This document shows positions 36,901-39,043 of a stretch of 39,043 nt of DNA, piece by piece. Both the position numbers and the translations under genes were made by a program. Below the pieces are notes generated by a model that worked only from the letters and a program-made list of their open reading frames with translations, was not told the DNA's origin and ran no database searches. The DNA comes from an uncultured Gemmatimonadota bacterium (GTDB taxonomy: Bacteria; SM23-81; DAOVCL01), in contig CAZVGK010000030.1 in NCBI GenBank assembly GCA_964626665.1, positions 1 to 39,043 on the forward strand, in the 5' to 3' direction. Every line of letters starts with the position of its first letter. The stretch's first letter is position 1.

Positions 36901-37834
36901 TGGCAGGATATGAAATCGTTCCGACGCCCGAATTTCCCGAAGCTGCTACCAGCACAACGCCATGGTTGTATGCGTAGATGATAGCATTTTGAACCGTAGA
37001 TCCAGGATTATAGCCAGCTGGCCACCCCATGCTCATATTGATAACCTGAGCTCCGTGGTCTGTGGCCCAGTAGAGCCCATCAGCGAGCCAATTTGCAGTC
37101 CCGGAGCCGGTGTAGTCGAGCACCTTCACCGGCATCAAGGTACAATCAAAGGCCACTCCTGCCACACCGTAACCGTCATTGGTGGTCTGCGCCACGGTCC
37201 CCGCCAGGTGCGTTCCATGCCCATTATTGTCATTGGGGTGACTATCGTCATTGACGAAATCATACCCGGCGGTAAAAGCAGTCCCGGCAAGGTCCGGCGC
37301 CTGCATGTAGTTGGTGACACCAGATTGAACCGTGTTTAACTCATATGAGGGCACGGGATAATCCTCATACGCTATCCCACAGTCCAGAATACCTACCACA
37401 ACACCAGATCCTGTGGATATGTCCCAGGCGGTGGAACATTTTATCTTCGGAAAGTGCCACTGATATGAGTAGTACGGATCATTGGGCGTCATAAAAGCGT
37501 GGCAGATCGTGTTCAGTTCAGCATATTCAACCCGTGGGTCACGCTCCAAAAGAGAAATAATCTCCTGTTCCGTCTTTCCCGCAGGAGCACGGAGCCTCCT
37601 GACCCCCCCACGATGGGTTGAGAGAACGGTAGCACCATACTTGCTGCTAAGATCAGCGATTTCCCCTTTAGAGATGCCTCCCCTGAATTTCACCAGCACT
37701 TCGCCCGGCACATACTCTGCTTTACCCTCCAGGGTTGCCTTAGCAGGAAGGCGCTTGACCTTAAACCTTTCGCCCAAAGCTACCGACGAGAGAAGCATAA
37801 CAACAGCTAAACCATAGAGAAAAATCCTTTTCAT
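33968..37834 (-). CDS. Secreted S8 subtilisin-like serine protease with five PKD domains, a duplicated beta-sandwich domain and T9SS type-A-like CTD
   Basis: SD GGAGG before ATG 37834; prodomain 'YVPGEVLVKF...VEYAELN'; triad 'ILDCG', 'HGTHLAG', 'GTSMSCPHV'; five 'WDFGDG' PKD units; 'QNYPNPFN...KMILLK'. Confidence 0.93.
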   Translation of the reverse strand: MKRIFLYGLAVVMLLSSVALGERFKVKRLPAKATLEGKAEYVPGEVLVKFRGGISKGEIADLSSKYGATVLSTHRGGVRRLRAPAGKTEQEIISLLERDPRVEYAELNTICHAFMTPNDPYYSYQWHFPKIKCSTAWDISTGSGVVVGILDCGIAYEDYPVPSYELNTVQSGVTNYMQAPDLAGTAFTAGYDFVNDDSHPNDNNGHGTHLAGTVAQTTNDGYGVAGVAFDCTLMPVKVLDYTGSGTANWLADGLYWATDHGAQVINMSMGWPAGYNPGSTVQNAIIYAYNHGVVLVAASGNSGVGTISYPAKYSQVIAVGATRYDDQLVYYSQYGNEQEVVAPGGDLNVDQNGDGYGDGVLQQTFENYEPGPPEVLADPTTFSWWFFHGTSMSCPHVVAVVAMMIANNQTGIENIRTILHETAVDLGSSGWDQYYGYGLIDAYAALTYGGVPPVAEFSGSPTSGCAPLTVNFTDESTGEIDSWEWDFGDGSPHSYVQNPSHEYTGGGNFTVSLTVTNAYGSDTETKTSYIHVDEAPTAAFVGDPTNGCAPLTVNFTDQSTGAVTSWDWDFGDGTPYSGGQNPNHEYAAAGTYTVTLTVSGPCGSDDEIKTDYISVGATLIAEFSGNPTSGCEPLTVNFTDESTGEITGWDWDFGDGSPHSSDQNPTHQYTGAGDFTVTLTVTGSCGSDDEVKTNYIHVDAVPIAAFYGDPTSGDAPLTVNFYDQSTGAVTSWDWDFGDGTPHSSEQNPGHEYADSGHYTVSLTVSGPCGSDGETKMDYITVTEPGGEWIVITYDDFEGGWGNYTDGGGDCYLYTGGTYAHQGSNAAGIQDNSGVASSFYHTVGHDVSGYSELEVEFWYYPRSMDNSNEDFWLQYYDGSSWQTVATWARGSDFENNQFYHEIVTISSGQYNYPTNAKLRFMCDASGNGDDVYIDEIEFRGFSGQMPPTADFVGDPTSGYAPLTVDFTDLSTGNPTTWSWDFGDGVGTSTERNPSYTYNNVGTYTVTLTATNAYGSDVEAKTDYIKVAQPGEWTVITYDDFEGGWGNYTDGGGDCYLYTGGTYAHQGSNAADIQDNSGVASSFYHTVGYDVSGYTELEVEFWYIAVSMDRTGEDFWVQYYDGSSWQTVATFDKGVDFENNIFYNPVVPISSGQYNYPTNAKLRFMCDASGNRDDVYLDEIEFRGSATGGASWLDLAKTNSMIPKEFTLSQNYPNPFNPTTAISFDLAEGSQVRLEVYNPTGQKVATLVNGWMEAGSHTVNFDGSGFSSGVYLCRLQAGKVVALRKMILLK

Positions 37835-37896
37835 AGCAAGCCTCCATAGCAATCGGGTTTGTGATTAAGTCCCCCCTAACCTCCCAAAGTTGCCTT

Positions 37897-37962
37897 CCTG
37901 GCATCACCTCCTTTCAGTTAAAGGTGAAAAGTTGGTTCGTTCCCCTGGCATCACCTCCCTTC
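37897..37962 (-). promoter_or_regulatory. Tandem 19-bp direct repeat containing an extended Shine-Dalgarno sequence in the S8 protease leader
   Basis: GAA(G/A)GGAGGTGATGCCAGG at 37944-37962 and 37897-37915 (minus strand), 18/19 identical. Confidence 0.6.
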
Positions 37963-38264
37963 TACTTGGGGTTCTATGGTGGCAATCGTATTTTTTAAGG
38001 ATAATCCGAAAGGTTGGCCCTTCTGTTAATCGTTTTGGTATTAGGGGATCCGGAACTGGAGGGGTGTGCAGGAGTTTGGTGTGCTTAAACGGGGGATATA
38101 GAAATGGTGGCTTCGTCCTTTTCATCATAATCGATAAAATTTTCTCATAAATAAGATACGCTTTTTTCTAGCCTTTGTCAAGGTAAAAATTTGCTGTCCC
38201 TATAGGTTCGGGCCGAATCACATACAGAAAGCTATGATCTGTTGTATAAAGCGAACTACCGTGA

Positions 38265-39043
38265 TCAAATCTTCATCCAAAGGCCCATCCTCACAATGCG
38301 CGGGGGACCATAGTTGGCCGGGTCCCGTTGACGCCTTTGCCATACTTTGTAAGCCTTCTCCCAAGCATCATAATCGTAGCCATAGCCCTCTAAAAGAGGA
38401 GGATAACCGTTATCATCAGGCTTGCCTGAGTAAGGATAGACATCAACCACATTCTCCACATTGAACAGGTTCCTCACATCGAGGAAGAGGCCACAACGGA
38501 GCCCGCCAGCAATCTTGAAACCCTTGACTATCTTTAGATCCGTCCCCTGCGTGGATGGCAATCTTACAGAACCAGGTATCCCAGGATTCCCTTTGCTATC
38601 CAGGGGAGTGTAGGGAGCACCAGTATAGTAGGTAAACTGAAGGTTGGCGTTAAAATCAGAAAGAGGTTTGAATCCAAATAGTTGAGGCCCACAACCTTCT
38701 GGCGAATAGAGGTTGAGGTTTGTCTTGAAGGAGTAAGTGACATCGAACTCCAGAGGATACTCTATCCAATTATTACCAGTATAATAATACCAGTAAGCAG
38801 GTCCGGTTCCCTTGACGACCAGATACGAATAGCTAAGTGAACCAGAAAGATAACGAGAGGCCTTCTTGGTGATAGTTAAGTCTATCCCCTTTACTTTGGC
38901 GGAGTTCTTAACCTTATAAATAGTGTAAGAAGCATTTTGGGAAGGGAAAATTATACTATACAAATAGGTGTAGTAGGATTTCCTCTTATAGAGGCTGTTT
39001 AAAAATAGAATTTTCCTCCTGGGATTAGAGGTACCCATTTGGC
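38265..39043 (-). pseudogene. 3' fragment of a TonB-dependent receptor-like outer-membrane barrel; probably a truncated remnant
   Basis: 'VKGIDLTITK...LSGSLSYSY', 'YYTGAPYTP', 'LFLDVRNLFNVENV', 'NYGPPRIVRMGL' are TBDR C-terminal features. The frame is open to the window edge, but upstream of ~38935 it is AT-rich and no longer looks barrel-like. Confidence 0.55.

Noticed and set aside
34237-37817. Long alternative-frame ORFs over the S8 gene (e.g. 35375-36337 +, 34822-35457 -)
   Set aside because: Shadow ORFs of a repetitive PKD-coding gene with no recognisable motifs or RBS.
37901-37914. 16S rRNA 3' end (ATCACCTCCTTT)
   Set aside because: Only the anti-SD-like word matches; no flanking rRNA sequence. 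It reads as an SD on the minus strand.

Overview
Bacterial chromosomal window, probably from an FCB-superphylum-related lineage (inferred from several T9SS/FlgD-type C-terminal sorting domains and PorV/PorP-like barrels; taxonomy not provable from the sequence alone). Plus strand 1-22323: a 5'-truncated beta-helix/FN3 secreted protein, an M4/M36-like metalloprotease, a CUT1 ABC transporter without an ATPase, a lamin-tail/OB-fold surface protein, three outer-membrane barrels (PorV/PorP-like, ComEA-HhH-fused, FadL-like), a 5'-nucleotidase and a gingipain-like C25 peptidase. Remainder, mostly minus strand: double-retropepsin/PDZ protease, a Cys-rich hypothetical, FapA/DUF342, a small orphan ORF, a HEAT-HDOD-CheR-CheY-CheA operon with a sigma28-type promoter and no CheW/CheB/MCP, an S8/PKD protease and a TonB-dependent receptor 3' fragment. 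The best candidate for an undescribed system is 5424-18359, which reads as a T9SS-linked extracellular nucleic-acid capture and nucleotide-scavenging locus (inference). Most of the longer intergenic spacers are mosaics of REP-like hairpins, MITE-like elements and heptamer arrays, and the heptamers also occur in frame inside sorting-domain coding sequence. No rRNA, tRNA, CRISPR array or transposase was recognised.
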